From: a virus
Strand: one strand, 5' to 3'
Virus record (IMG/VR): IMGVR_UViG_3300017991_000008
Span: 16,524-80,523 of that record
DNA: 64,000 bases
Below the pieces are notes generated by a model. The model worked only from the letters and a program-made list of their open reading frames with translations, searched no databases and had not been told where the DNA came from. Position 1 is the first letter of the stretch; each line of letters begins with the position of its first letter. The position numbers and the translations under genes are program-made. Shown in pieces: positions 55,007 through 63,390 of the stretch.

Positions 55007-55777
55007 ATGTCTAAATTAAGAGAACAACAGTGGAAGAATCGTGGTGCTATCTATGTACCAAAGGGGAGAGCCAGGGAATACGCTGAGTTTGCCGTCTCCC
55101 TGTATAGGGGGTGTGAACATGGGTGCACCTATTGTTTTGCTCCGTCGCAACTACGAATGTCTCGAGGTCAGTTCTCTCGTGTTGAACGTCGAGATGGAAT
55201 TCTTCGCAAATTGGAGAGGGACGCCAGGTTTATGAGTGATCTGGGATGGGACGACGTGCGGGTATTAATGTCTTTCACGACGGACCCGTATCCTGCAATG
55301 GAAGAAGATCTTAGAACAACCAGGGGGGGGATTAAGATCTTGCATGACAATGGGATCGGCGTGACAATACTATCCAAGGCGGGAATGCTTTGTCAACGGG
55401 ACTTTGATTTACTGGGTGAGAAGGATGAATTCGCTACTACCCTGACTTATCTATCCGACGATTTCAAACACTGGGAGCCCAACGCGGCGGACACGATGGA
55501 GAGAATCGCCAACCTTAAAAAGGCCAAGGAACTAGGAATCAGAACCTGGGTGAGCATAGAACCCGTGTTTGATGCCAAGCAATCGTTTGCCGTGATACAG
55601 GTATCCCTGGACTATGTGGACGAATACCGGATCGGAACCCTGAACCACCATCCCAAGGCAAAAGAAATTAACTGGGCGGAATTCGCCGGTATCTGCACTT
55701 CTTTTCTGGAGCGGTACGGCAAGAAATATGTGCTCAAGCGGGACCTTATTGAGTCAGCAAATCTCCCTAGTAAATAG
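55007..55777 (+). CDS. Radical SAM protein (SPL-like / Rv2578c-type)
   Basis: Y.GCEHGCTYC.AP, MS.TTDPY, TWVSIEP. Confidence 0.85.
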   Translation: MSKLREQQWKNRGAIYVPKGRAREYAEFAVSLYRGCEHGCTYCFAPSQLRMSRGQFSRVERRDGILRKLERDARFMSDLGWDDVRVLMSFTTDPYPAMEEDLRTTRGGIKILHDNGIGVTILSKAGMLCQRDFDLLGEKDEFATTLTYLSDDFKHWEPNAADTMERIANLKKAKELGIRTWVSIEPVFDAKQSFAVIQVSLDYVDEYRIGTLNHHPKAKEINWAEFAGICTSFLERYGKKYVLKRDLIESANLPSK

Positions 55778-55847
55778 GTTCACAACATTTCCCTTTCCAG
55801 TTTTTACGTGCTATTCTGTCTTAGGTGAAATACAGAAAGGGGTTACT

Positions 55848-56201
55848 ATGGAAATGCAATTCAACCTCATGGATGACGTGGTGAAGAACATTAGCGTGTA
55901 TCTGATTCTTTTCGGAGCGGGTGCCATCACCTGGTTTGCTCGTCAGTTAATACCTGACGAGATAGAGGAGAAGAGGGCTTGGAAGCTGTTGTTACGAGCT
56001 TTGCCGGTATGTATCGCAACCGGTCTTTCCATAATCCCAGGGCTCCGACCGTTGCCCGTTTTGTCTCAGTCGATAGTGTTTGGGGTGATCCTGGGAACGT
56101 TCTCGACCTTGGCATATGGACTTCTTAGGGCAGCGGCACCAAACAAGATCAAGGCGTTTCTGGGTTCAAAATCGGAACGACTAAGTGGGGTCTCAAAATG
56201 A
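55848..56201 (+). CDS. Holin-like membrane protein (3 TM)
   Basis: Three hydrophobic segments, basic C-terminus; precedes spanin-like pair. Confidence 0.55.
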   Translation: MEMQFNLMDDVVKNISVYLILFGAGAITWFARQLIPDEIEEKRAWKLLLRALPVCIATGLSIIPGLRPLPVLSQSIVFGVILGTFSTLAYGLLRAAAPNKIKAFLGSKSERLSGVSK

Positions 56202-56593
56202 TCCAAAAAGTCATCGCATGGTGGAGGGGCCTGCCACTTTTTGGAAAAATCATTTCTGCAGTATTCGTGGGGATCATACTGGTTCTGCTGGTGGTTGTCT
56301 CCATTTTTGCCAAGAGGGGCTTGGCCAGTGAATCCAAGGTCGTAGACACCGCTGTAGACCTGCACGACAAGCACCATGCCGAGAGGATAAAGAACCTTGA
56401 GGCGTTGGACGAGGAGGGCAGGGATCGAGTAGACAAGGCGGACAAGGCACTCAGGGATCTAAACGGCCAGGGCCAAGACGCAACGGACAAACGGGAGGAA
56501 CGTGATGAGGAGCTGCGCGACGCTGATAGCTGGTCTGATCTTGATGACGAGCTTGGTGAAGCCCGCAATCGCGGACGAACCGGATCCAGGTAA
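56198..56593 (+). CDS. i-spanin (Rz)-like protein
   Basis: N-terminal TM plus coiled coil. Confidence 0.5.
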   Translation: MIQKVIAWWRGLPLFGKIISAVFVGIILVLLVVVSIFAKRGLASESKVVDTAVDLHDKHHAERIKNLEALDEEGRDRVDKADKALRDLNGQGQDATDKREERDEELRDADSWSDLDDELGEARNRGRTGSR

Positions 56594-56987
56594 AGAATGG
56601 ACCAGACCGGCCGAGCTTTTTATGATGCCGCCCGGGGAGTGGATAACCGTGGAGGGGGAGAAGCTCAGGTGCTACAATCAATCAGAGGGTGTCCAGATAG
56701 CCCGACTAGTCAATCAGCAACGGGACCTCTTTTATGCCGCTATCAGGTGGGAATCAGAACGTAATGCCTTTGAAGACAAAGTCGGTGGTTTGGAACTCCG
56801 CCTGCAGGCACAAGAGGGTTTGGTACTGGAGCACAAGAATAACGCTGAATGGTACCAGGGGCTCTGGAAATCCACCCGGGACGAACTGCTAAGAATTGAC
56901 AAGTATAACCGGTGGAGATTCGTTCCATGGGTTCTACCGGCTTTAATGGGTATAGCCTGGGGAATCACCTCATCTGTCCGAAAATAG
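56502..56987 (+). CDS. Secreted coiled-coil protein with C-terminal TM (spanin partner?)
   Basis: Overlaps Rz-like gene; signal peptide (AIA-D), coiled coil, terminal hydrophobic helix. Confidence 0.5.
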   Translation: MMRSCATLIAGLILMTSLVKPAIADEPDPGKEWTRPAELFMMPPGEWITVEGEKLRCYNQSEGVQIARLVNQQRDLFYAAIRWESERNAFEDKVGGLELRLQAQEGLVLEHKNNAEWYQGLWKSTRDELLRIDKYNRWRFVPWVLPALMGIAWGITSSVRK

Positions 56988-57016
56988 TTGACATATTTTG
57001 GGTTCGTTGCTAGCTT
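56988..57016 (+). promoter_or_regulatory. Sigma70 promoter with extended -10
   Basis: TTGACA-17 nt-(TGC)TAGCTT. Confidence 0.65.
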
Positions 57017-57021
57017 TGAGG

Positions 57022-57127
57022 GGTCTTCTGGTCTCAAGTTGTTGCGCAAGCAATAACAGAGCTCAGACTCTAAGCACGTTGTGCGTTTGAGGTGTCCCCC
57101 CCCGCCGAGCCCAACGTGCTTTTTTTA
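57022..57127 (+). ncRNA. Candidate small RNA (two long hairpins plus U-tract)
   Basis: Hairpin 57027-57067 with GCAA tetraloop; hairpin 57072-57121 with C-rich loop; T-run to 57126. Confidence 0.55.
57072..57126 (+). terminator. Intrinsic terminator-like stem plus T-tract
   Basis: AAGCACGTTG/CAACGTGCTT followed by TTTTT. Confidence 0.5.
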
Positions 57128-57193
57128 TCCAGATACATGTGAAAACATACAAAGGCATGTTGCAGCATACTGTGGCATATAGTACAAAAATTA

Positions 57194-57265
57194 ATCGGAA
57201 ACCGAACAGAAGTGATCGGAAACCGATCAGAAAGTCCTTGACATCTGCTAAAAAGTGTACACAAT
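57194..57265 (+). promoter_or_regulatory. Promoter (TTGACA 57238) with two upstream 18-bp direct repeats
   Basis: ATCGGAAACCGA(A/T)CAGAA at 57194 and 57215. Confidence 0.55.
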
Positions 57266-57282
57266 AAAGATGAAGGGCAAAT

Positions 57283-57630
57283 ATGAAACGAGTACCGTAT
57301 ACACTAACGAGCGATCAGACGGAGGGGCTAAAAAAAGCAGCGAAGGATTTAGGACTGACACAGGCATCGGAGGTGCTCAGAAATATACTGTTCGGATACC
57401 TGCCATGTGACATTTGGAGAAATGACCATGTTTTACGGGGCAACGGCAATAAAAATGGAACAAGTAAAAACCCAGACCGATCCCCGGGAGGTGGAGAGGC
57501 TGAAACGACTGGTACAACTTCAGGGGGACGAGATCGAGAAGTTGACCAAGGAGAACAAGCAGCTTCGGGAACACCTGGAGATGGTGGAGGACAGAAAGCG
57601 AAATCCAAGCTAGCCACGGTTAGGGGTTAG
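57283..57630 (+). CDS. Ribbon-helix-helix (CopG-like) regulator, low-complexity tail
   Basis: KRVPYTLT..Q.E.LK..AK.LG.T.ASEVLR.IL. Confidence 0.6.
   Translation: MKRVPYTLTSDQTEGLKKAAKDLGLTQASEVLRNILFGYLPCDIWRNDHVLRGNGNKNGTSKNPDRSPGGGEAETTGTTSGGRDREVDQGEQAASGTPGDGGGQKAKSKLATVRG
57428..57613 (+). CDS. Nested small coiled-coil protein
   Basis: GGAGA SD at 57416; EVERLKRLVQLQGDEIEKLTKENKQLREHLE heptads. Confidence 0.5.
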   Translation: MFYGATAIKMEQVKTQTDPREVERLKRLVQLQGDEIEKLTKENKQLREHLEMVEDRKRNPS

Positions 57631-57725
57631 GTTTGTCTGCTGGGGCTCCCATCGAAGGGGACATATTTGTCGTTCGGAACTATTCTAGCGGGGGCTTGGG
57701 ATAGTAGAGAGACAGGAGACATAGC

Positions 57726-58415
57726 ATGAACGACGAGACCAAATACTGGCCGAGGTTATTTAGAACCTTCCTTATGGAAGCAATCCAAGAAGGACGCAAA
57801 AACCAAACTCGAAGACCTCTGACACCGCGTAATACGTGGTTTGACGGTAACCCCTGGCCACAGTGGGCGAGCTCAAACTTGAGTCAATGGGATTGGGACA
57901 ACGCGTTTGTAGACCAGGGACCGTCCCCCGTGGGGAACCCTGGTCCATATCTACACTTGCCGCATATTGATAAAGAGACCTTTGGAACGCATAGGATTTA
58001 CCCACGAGTGAGACCTGGGGATGTATTCTGGCCAAAGGAGACATTCACGTATTCCACCATCGTATCATCTACGGATCCGAAGGTGGATTTTGGTGACCGT
58101 CGGGTGCTCTATAAAGCTGCTTGTGATCCAGTGGAGAGGAGCATTATTGACGGTTCGTGGAAGGCATCTATCTTTCTCAGGTTTGTGGACCGGCGATTTG
58201 ATTTGCCCATCAACAAGGTGCGGATCGAGAGGGTACAGGATATTTCTGAAGAGGACGCGAAGGGTGAGGGGGTGGAGCCCGATTTTGAAACGAACAGCTA
58301 CATTGATAGCTTCATGTTTAAGTGGGACGAGATATACGGCAAACGCCCAGAAAGATGGGACAGAAATTGGTGGGTGATAGCCTACAATTTCGATAAGCAG
58401 GAGGTACAGGAATGA
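57726..58415 (+). CDS. ASCH/PUA-like phage protein
   Basis: AI.EGRK.QTRR, PGD..W.KETF, W..SIF...I..VR.ER.QDISEEDA..EG, W...WV....F. Confidence 0.7.
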   Translation: MNDETKYWPRLFRTFLMEAIQEGRKNQTRRPLTPRNTWFDGNPWPQWASSNLSQWDWDNAFVDQGPSPVGNPGPYLHLPHIDKETFGTHRIYPRVRPGDVFWPKETFTYSTIVSSTDPKVDFGDRRVLYKAACDPVERSIIDGSWKASIFLRFVDRRFDLPINKVRIERVQDISEEDAKGEGVEPDFETNSYIDSFMFKWDEIYGKRPERWDRNWWVIAYNFDKQEVQE

Positions 58416-59371
58416 TTTGGCTTATATTAGTAGCCCTTCTGGTGGGGTGTGGAGCCCCTGGGGAACGATTTGATACCGATACCGACACTGACACTGATAC
58501 CGACACAAACACCTATTTCGACACCGATACTGAAACCGATACAAATACAGAAGAAGATACGGACACTTCCACCGACACCGGTACCGACACTGACACCGGC
58601 ACAGACTCTGATATTGACACCGATACAGATACCGACACTGACACAGACACCGATGCGGATACGGACACCGATACCGACACTGATACCGACACCGATACGG
58701 ACACCGATACCACGCCGGAGGAGTGTCCGTTTGAATGTATGCCAGGGGCGGAATGTTACGGAATAATTCATGATTATCCTTGTCCAGGACCGGAGGTGTG
58801 TTGTGAGCAAGGAACGGGAGACACCGACACTGATACAGATACCGATACTGACACGGACACAGATTCCGATACGGATACTGACACGGATACTGACACCGAT
58901 ACCGACACTGATACGGATCCAGAGCCCGGTCCCTGTGGTCTCGTGGATATTCCCGACGGTGTTTACTGTGATGAGACAACCGGGTTTTTGTGGTGGATTG
59001 ATCCGCTTGAAGAAATAACGCACGAGAGTGCGGTCACGATCTGTGAATCCTCATCGTTTGCAGGGCTGACCGAATGGCGAATACCAACCTTTGACGAGGC
59101 TCGATCCCTTATACGTGGCTGCCCGGTGACGGAAACCGGTGGTACTTGTGAGGGTGAATTCGGAGATGATCCATGCGACGGCAGTTGTAACTGGCAGGAG
59201 GGACCGGGACCAGGTGGGTGTTATTGGCCAGACGAGTTTGGTGATCAGTGTGGCAACTGGGTAGCCGTCTGGGAGGGATGGCGAATTAGATACATAAACG
59301 CCGAGGTCCATCCCTATGGTTGGAGTACGACGATCCTTTTCGACTTGAGATGCTTACACGATCCGCTATAA
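58412..59371 (+). CDS. Lipoprotein with (DT)n linkers, Cys-rich module and Lcl/DUF1566-like C-terminal domain
   Basis: Lipobox LLVG-C13; D..TG.LW, A...C......G...WR.PT..E..SL. Confidence 0.8.
   Translation: MIWLILVALLVGCGAPGERFDTDTDTDTDTDTNTYFDTDTETDTNTEEDTDTSTDTGTDTDTGTDSDIDTDTDTDTDTDTDADTDTDTDTDTDTDTDTDTTPEECPFECMPGAECYGIIHDYPCPGPEVCCEQGTGDTDTDTDTDTDTDTDSDTDTDTDTDTDTDTDTDPEPGPCGLVDIPDGVYCDETTGFLWWIDPLEEITHESAVTICESSSFAGLTEWRIPTFDEARSLIRGCPVTETGGTCEGEFGDDPCDGSCNWQEGPGPGGCYWPDEFGDQCGNWVAVWEGWRIRYINAEVHPYGWSTTILFDLRCLHDPL
58472..58918. repeat. Two Asp-Thr coding hexamer tracts (58472-58711, 58820-58918)
   Basis: GA(C/T)AC(N) repeats with free synonymous variation. Confidence 0.9.
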
Positions 59372-59400
59372 GATAAACTCGAAACACAGGGCAAAAAAAA

Positions 59401-59943
59401 ATGGCAAATCTTCCTCGACCTTACGACATTAATGATCCCCACGAGATGTTCCGATTGTATCGTGAACTATACGGCTACATGAAGGTATCACTACACGACG
59501 GGACGGATCTAACTGGAAGGCGACATGCTCTTGACGCCCTCCGCGATCTAAGAAGAAAAGCAGAGAACAACGCAGCTAAACAGGCCAAGGATGCCATTGA
59601 ATCCGTTAAGCTGTCGAGCCTGGTCGATTTTGAATTTGAGGTGGTGAACGAGATTGAAAGGGTATTGCGGGAAGACGGTTTTGACGTTATCAGAGAGAAG
59701 AAAATAGGACCTCGCAGTCGGATCGACCTGTATCTTCCCCAGTACCGGATCGGGATCGAAGTAAAGAAGGGGAAACCCAATACAAAGATCGTAGCCGCTC
59801 AGCTTGAGCGATATGCCTTTAGCTCAGACATTAATGCTCTGATCCTTGTCAGTGAACGGGGGTTGCACCGTCACCTATCCGACGCCCATGGTAAGCAGAT
59901 CCATTATGTATCTCTGGCCGGAAATTGGGGGCTCACAGTATGA
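59401..59943 (+). CDS. PD-(D/E)xK-fold nuclease
   Basis: E...L...G....RE.....RIDL....IGIEVK. Confidence 0.65.
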   Translation: MANLPRPYDINDPHEMFRLYRELYGYMKVSLHDGTDLTGRRHALDALRDLRRKAENNAAKQAKDAIESVKLSSLVDFEFEVVNEIERVLREDGFDVIREKKIGPRSRIDLYLPQYRIGIEVKKGKPNTKIVAAQLERYAFSSDINALILVSERGLHRHLSDAHGKQIHYVSLAGNWGLTV

Positions 59944-61769
59944 CGGTCGTTCCCGATTATCTCAAAGAGCCCAGTCTTGAAGGGCATAAGTATGGCAAGC
60001 TGTATTGGGATAAGAAGGCCCAGATGTTTGGTTTAATTGGGGAACCAGTACTACTAGAGTTCGCAAAAAGGATCTTTCCTGGGGCTCGTGTTTCGTACAA
60101 GTTCGGATCGGAAAGTAATTACCGTGAATATCAGACGGTCATGTTCCACAAGAGCAGGAGGGAAGTGTCCGATCTTAACTGGTTGCTTATGAGATTCCCG
60201 GTGGAGGTGGTATGTGACAAAATACTCAAACAATATCGCAACGAAGCCATCCAGCAGTGGAATGACAGGGCGTCTGGGTACGATTTAAAGAGAACAGCAC
60301 CACCATCTGATTTTTTGGGGAAGCTATACCCGTTTCAAGAGGCAGCGGTGACGTTTCTCACCACTAATAAAAGGTGCCTGCTCGGGGACGGCATGGGACT
60401 CGGGAAAACCTGGGAAGCTCTGGGAGCTGTAGCGGCATCAGGGAAATATCCGGTCTTGATAGCGTGCGAGACACAGGTACAACGCCAGTGGCAAAGAGTG
60501 ATCGGTTCACTGTTCGATCTGCCGTGCAAGATGGAGCAGAGTTTTTTTGATTCTCCATTCGATCTAGCCTGTAGACGTGGCGAGGCGTTGGCACCGATAC
60601 TGAGAACCCGTACACCCTACAAACTACCGGACACACCGTTTGCGATTATTCATTACGGATTACTGAAAGACTGGAAAAAGCAGTTATTGGATCGGGGCTG
60701 GCCCACCCTGATTCCCGACGAGGTGCAATCATTTCGACACCAAACCTCTCAGAAATATTCCGCCTTCTCTCTACTATCTTCCCAGGCTGAAAACGTCTGG
60801 GGCTTATCGGGAACACCGGTCTACGGATACGGGGCCGAAATGTGGGCCGTAATGAACATAATTGACTTTCACTGTTTGGGATCCTGGGAATCGTTTTCAC
60901 GGGAGTGGTGTACCGGATACGGGGAAAAGATAGTCGAGGATCCCAAAGCACTCCACGGATTTCTAACCAGGGAGGGTTTCTTACTCAGACGACGGGCTAC
61001 CGATGACGATGTGAATATCGACCTCCCACCCATTATCCGAAAGATACAGGACGTCGAACAGGATGAGGAGCTGTATGAACAATTGATGACAGCGGCCAGA
61101 CAGAAGGCCAGAAACTACGAAAGAAAGGATATTGACCGTCATTTCCGATGGCGTTTGGGTGGAGAGATAGAAAGGGAGACCAGACAGGCCGCAGGGCTGG
61201 CCAAGGCTCCGTTTGTTGCTGAGGTTATTAAGTCTGTTATTGAGGCCGGGGAACGCCCCCTGGTATTCGCCTGGCACCACTCTGTGCACGACATATTCCA
61301 GGAGAGGTTGAAAGAGTATTCGCCGGCAGTGTTGACCGGCAGACAAACCGAGAAACAGAAGGACGACAATCTGAGAAGGTTTGTGAATGGTGACACGCCG
61401 ATGGTGCTGTTATCCCTGCGTTCAACAGCAGGTCTCGATGGGTTACAGCACCGGGGAACGATGTGTATCAATGCTGAACTCGATTGGAGTCCAGCTATCC
61501 ATAGCCAGTGTGAAACCAGACTTGGGCGTATCGGTGTGAATGAAATGATCGCGGAGATCCCGTCATTGTATTGCGTTGCTAGATCTGGATACGACGAGAC
61601 CATGCTCGATGTCTTGGGTTTAAAGGCTGGTCAGTTTGTTGGCATCATGGGTGATGAGCCCGAATCACACGAGGAGGAGAAACAGCAGGAGCAACGGGTC
61701 AAGGGAAGAATTCGTGAATTAGTCAAGAAGCTAAATGCGGAGGCTGAGGGCATTGTGCTCCAACCATAA
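59940..61769 (+). CDS. SNF2-family helicase/ATPase
   Basis: LYPFQ, GDGMGLGKT, DEVQ, LSGTP, VFAWH, GLDGLQ, W.P....Q...R..RIG. Confidence 0.9.
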   Translation: MTVVPDYLKEPSLEGHKYGKLYWDKKAQMFGLIGEPVLLEFAKRIFPGARVSYKFGSESNYREYQTVMFHKSRREVSDLNWLLMRFPVEVVCDKILKQYRNEAIQQWNDRASGYDLKRTAPPSDFLGKLYPFQEAAVTFLTTNKRCLLGDGMGLGKTWEALGAVAASGKYPVLIACETQVQRQWQRVIGSLFDLPCKMEQSFFDSPFDLACRRGEALAPILRTRTPYKLPDTPFAIIHYGLLKDWKKQLLDRGWPTLIPDEVQSFRHQTSQKYSAFSLLSSQAENVWGLSGTPVYGYGAEMWAVMNIIDFHCLGSWESFSREWCTGYGEKIVEDPKALHGFLTREGFLLRRRATDDDVNIDLPPIIRKIQDVEQDEELYEQLMTAARQKARNYERKDIDRHFRWRLGGEIERETRQAAGLAKAPFVAEVIKSVIEAGERPLVFAWHHSVHDIFQERLKEYSPAVLTGRQTEKQKDDNLRRFVNGDTPMVLLSLRSTAGLDGLQHRGTMCINAELDWSPAIHSQCETRLGRIGVNEMIAEIPSLYCVARSGYDETMLDVLGLKAGQFVGIMGDEPESHEEEKQQEQRVKGRIRELVKKLNAEAEGIVLQP

Positions 61770-61779
61770 GGAGAGGAAC

Positions 61780-62175
61780 ATGTCAGGACTCAGAGAAGGG
61801 GATATAGTTCGAGATCGAAACACAGAGGAGATTTTTAAAATAGAAAAGTGGAGTGATGTGACAGGCATAGGTCTCCTTTTGCCACTTAGTAAGGGCGGGA
61901 GATATGCTGACCGACGCAAGAGATCACAGGTGGTCCCTTTAAGGGAACAGAATTACCAGATACTATGCCACCCCGCCGAAGAGTATCAGGCGTATTTACG
62001 AGGGTTCAAAGATGGGACCATTATGACAGCCAAAAGGGAACGACACGTTAACAATGACAAAGCCTGGATCCGCGTATCTTATCTTCAAGGGTACGAAGAT
62101 GGAAAGATTAGTAGGGGCAAAGCAATGAAAAAGTGGTGTGAAAAAATAGGGTTTCACCCGCAGATATTGAGATAG
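61780..62175 (+). CDS. Hypothetical protein
   Basis: GGAGAGG SD; Y..G..DG repeats. Confidence 0.6.
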   Translation: MSGLREGDIVRDRNTEEIFKIEKWSDVTGIGLLLPLSKGGRYADRRKRSQVVPLREQNYQILCHPAEEYQAYLRGFKDGTIMTAKRERHVNNDKAWIRVSYLQGYEDGKISRGKAMKKWCEKIGFHPQILR

Positions 62176-62183
62176 GAGTAGCC

Positions 62184-62627
62184 ATGATAAGAGACTATGT
62201 GACAGTTGAAAGGGTCATCGAGGTATTAAATCGGCTTTACAAGAAAGACAGGGTGGCCATGGTGGGGATATTGAAGTGCGGCATAGGGTGTAACGAGGAG
62301 ATGGTGAAGGACGAAGACCTGGTCGTACAGGGCGTGAACCCGGAGCATGTAGAAGTTGTGGAGTCACAGTATCTAGTTGGATTCCTGGGTATCATTAACG
62401 CCTTCTTTGGCAAGGAGTTTGAACTCGGTCCGATATCATTGAGGTGGAACGCCAAGTGTCCCAATGGATGTGAACTGGACGATGATTCCAAGTTCGGTGA
62501 AAAGTGTCCAGTGTGTGGAGACCAGATTCTAATTCCTGGGGAGGTGAACAGGGACAAACCTTTCGGGGATCTCCGTCCGGCCATACGTGAGTTCAGGGAG
62601 GTTGGAACCAGGGAGCCCGACGCATAG
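62184..62627 (+). CDS. Hypothetical protein with zinc-ribbon
   Basis: AGGAG SD; CPNGC, CPVCG. Confidence 0.6.
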   Translation: MIRDYVTVERVIEVLNRLYKKDRVAMVGILKCGIGCNEEMVKDEDLVVQGVNPEHVEVVESQYLVGFLGIINAFFGKEFELGPISLRWNAKCPNGCELDDDSKFGEKCPVCGDQILIPGEVNRDKPFGDLRPAIREFREVGTREPDA

Positions 62628-62690
62628 GAGGAGTTATGCAGAAATATCCAAAAATCCAATTTGTGGCCCAAATGTAAAGGAATAGAACCG

Positions 62691-63386
62691 ATGAAAGAGA
62701 AAAAGAAGCCTCCCGTGGTAGAAATCAAAGACAATCCTTTTCACAGTTGGGCTCGGGTGGAGTTGTGGAGGTGGCAGTATGGTGAGCTCCCCCAGCCCGA
62801 TGACGAGCGGGAACTGGATGTTCCGGTGGCCGTCGAGAAGATGGTGGAGGCATTGACGGATGAAACAAGGGACGACAGACCAGGTGTATTCAATTGTGCT
62901 CAGGTTTTGTCCTACTTGGGACATCTAATTGGAGAACTCGTGAAACACCCCAGGATGGCGATACCGTGTACTGAGTATAAAATCCCAGAGAAGTCTCTGA
63001 ATAAACTAAAAGGGCACATGGAGAATTTGAGGAGTGGTGGGTGTCACATTGTGGTCGAGGAGTACGACTATTGTCTATACGAGAGCCAGCAAGGGGATTG
63101 CCGCAAAAAGGGTGGCACTTGTGATTTCGTTGACGGTAACAAGGGGGATTGTCCGCACCACGCCATCAGGGAGAACCGGAGGTTGCTTTTTTCGTTGTCA
63201 GTTGAATTGGGGGGTGAACAGGTGTGGGTGGTGGCCAAAAAAAATATGACCAAGGTGGAGATAGTAGATGAGGTGCGGTGGCAAACCTGCTGGGATGCCA
63301 GGTTTGAAGGTGACGATCTAAAATTGATACCACCTAAGGACGCAGGCTGTGGATTAAGTATACAGATAATAGAGAACAAGGAGTAA
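62691..63386 (+). CDS. Hypothetical multi-domain protein
   Basis: AAGGA SD; Cys cluster in middle. Confidence 0.55.
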   Translation: MKEKKKPPVVEIKDNPFHSWARVELWRWQYGELPQPDDERELDVPVAVEKMVEALTDETRDDRPGVFNCAQVLSYLGHLIGELVKHPRMAIPCTEYKIPEKSLNKLKGHMENLRSGGCHIVVEEYDYCLYESQQGDCRKKGGTCDFVDGNKGDCPHHAIRENRRLLFSLSVELGGEQVWVVAKKNMTKVEIVDEVRWQTCWDARFEGDDLKLIPPKDAGCGLSIQIIENKE

Positions 63387-63390
63387 CCAA

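Noticed and set aside
58422-59023. Long minus-strand and alternate-frame ORFs over the DT tracts
   Set aside because: Shadows of the stop-free GA(C/T)ACN repeat; the + frame has a lipobox and a recognisable domain.
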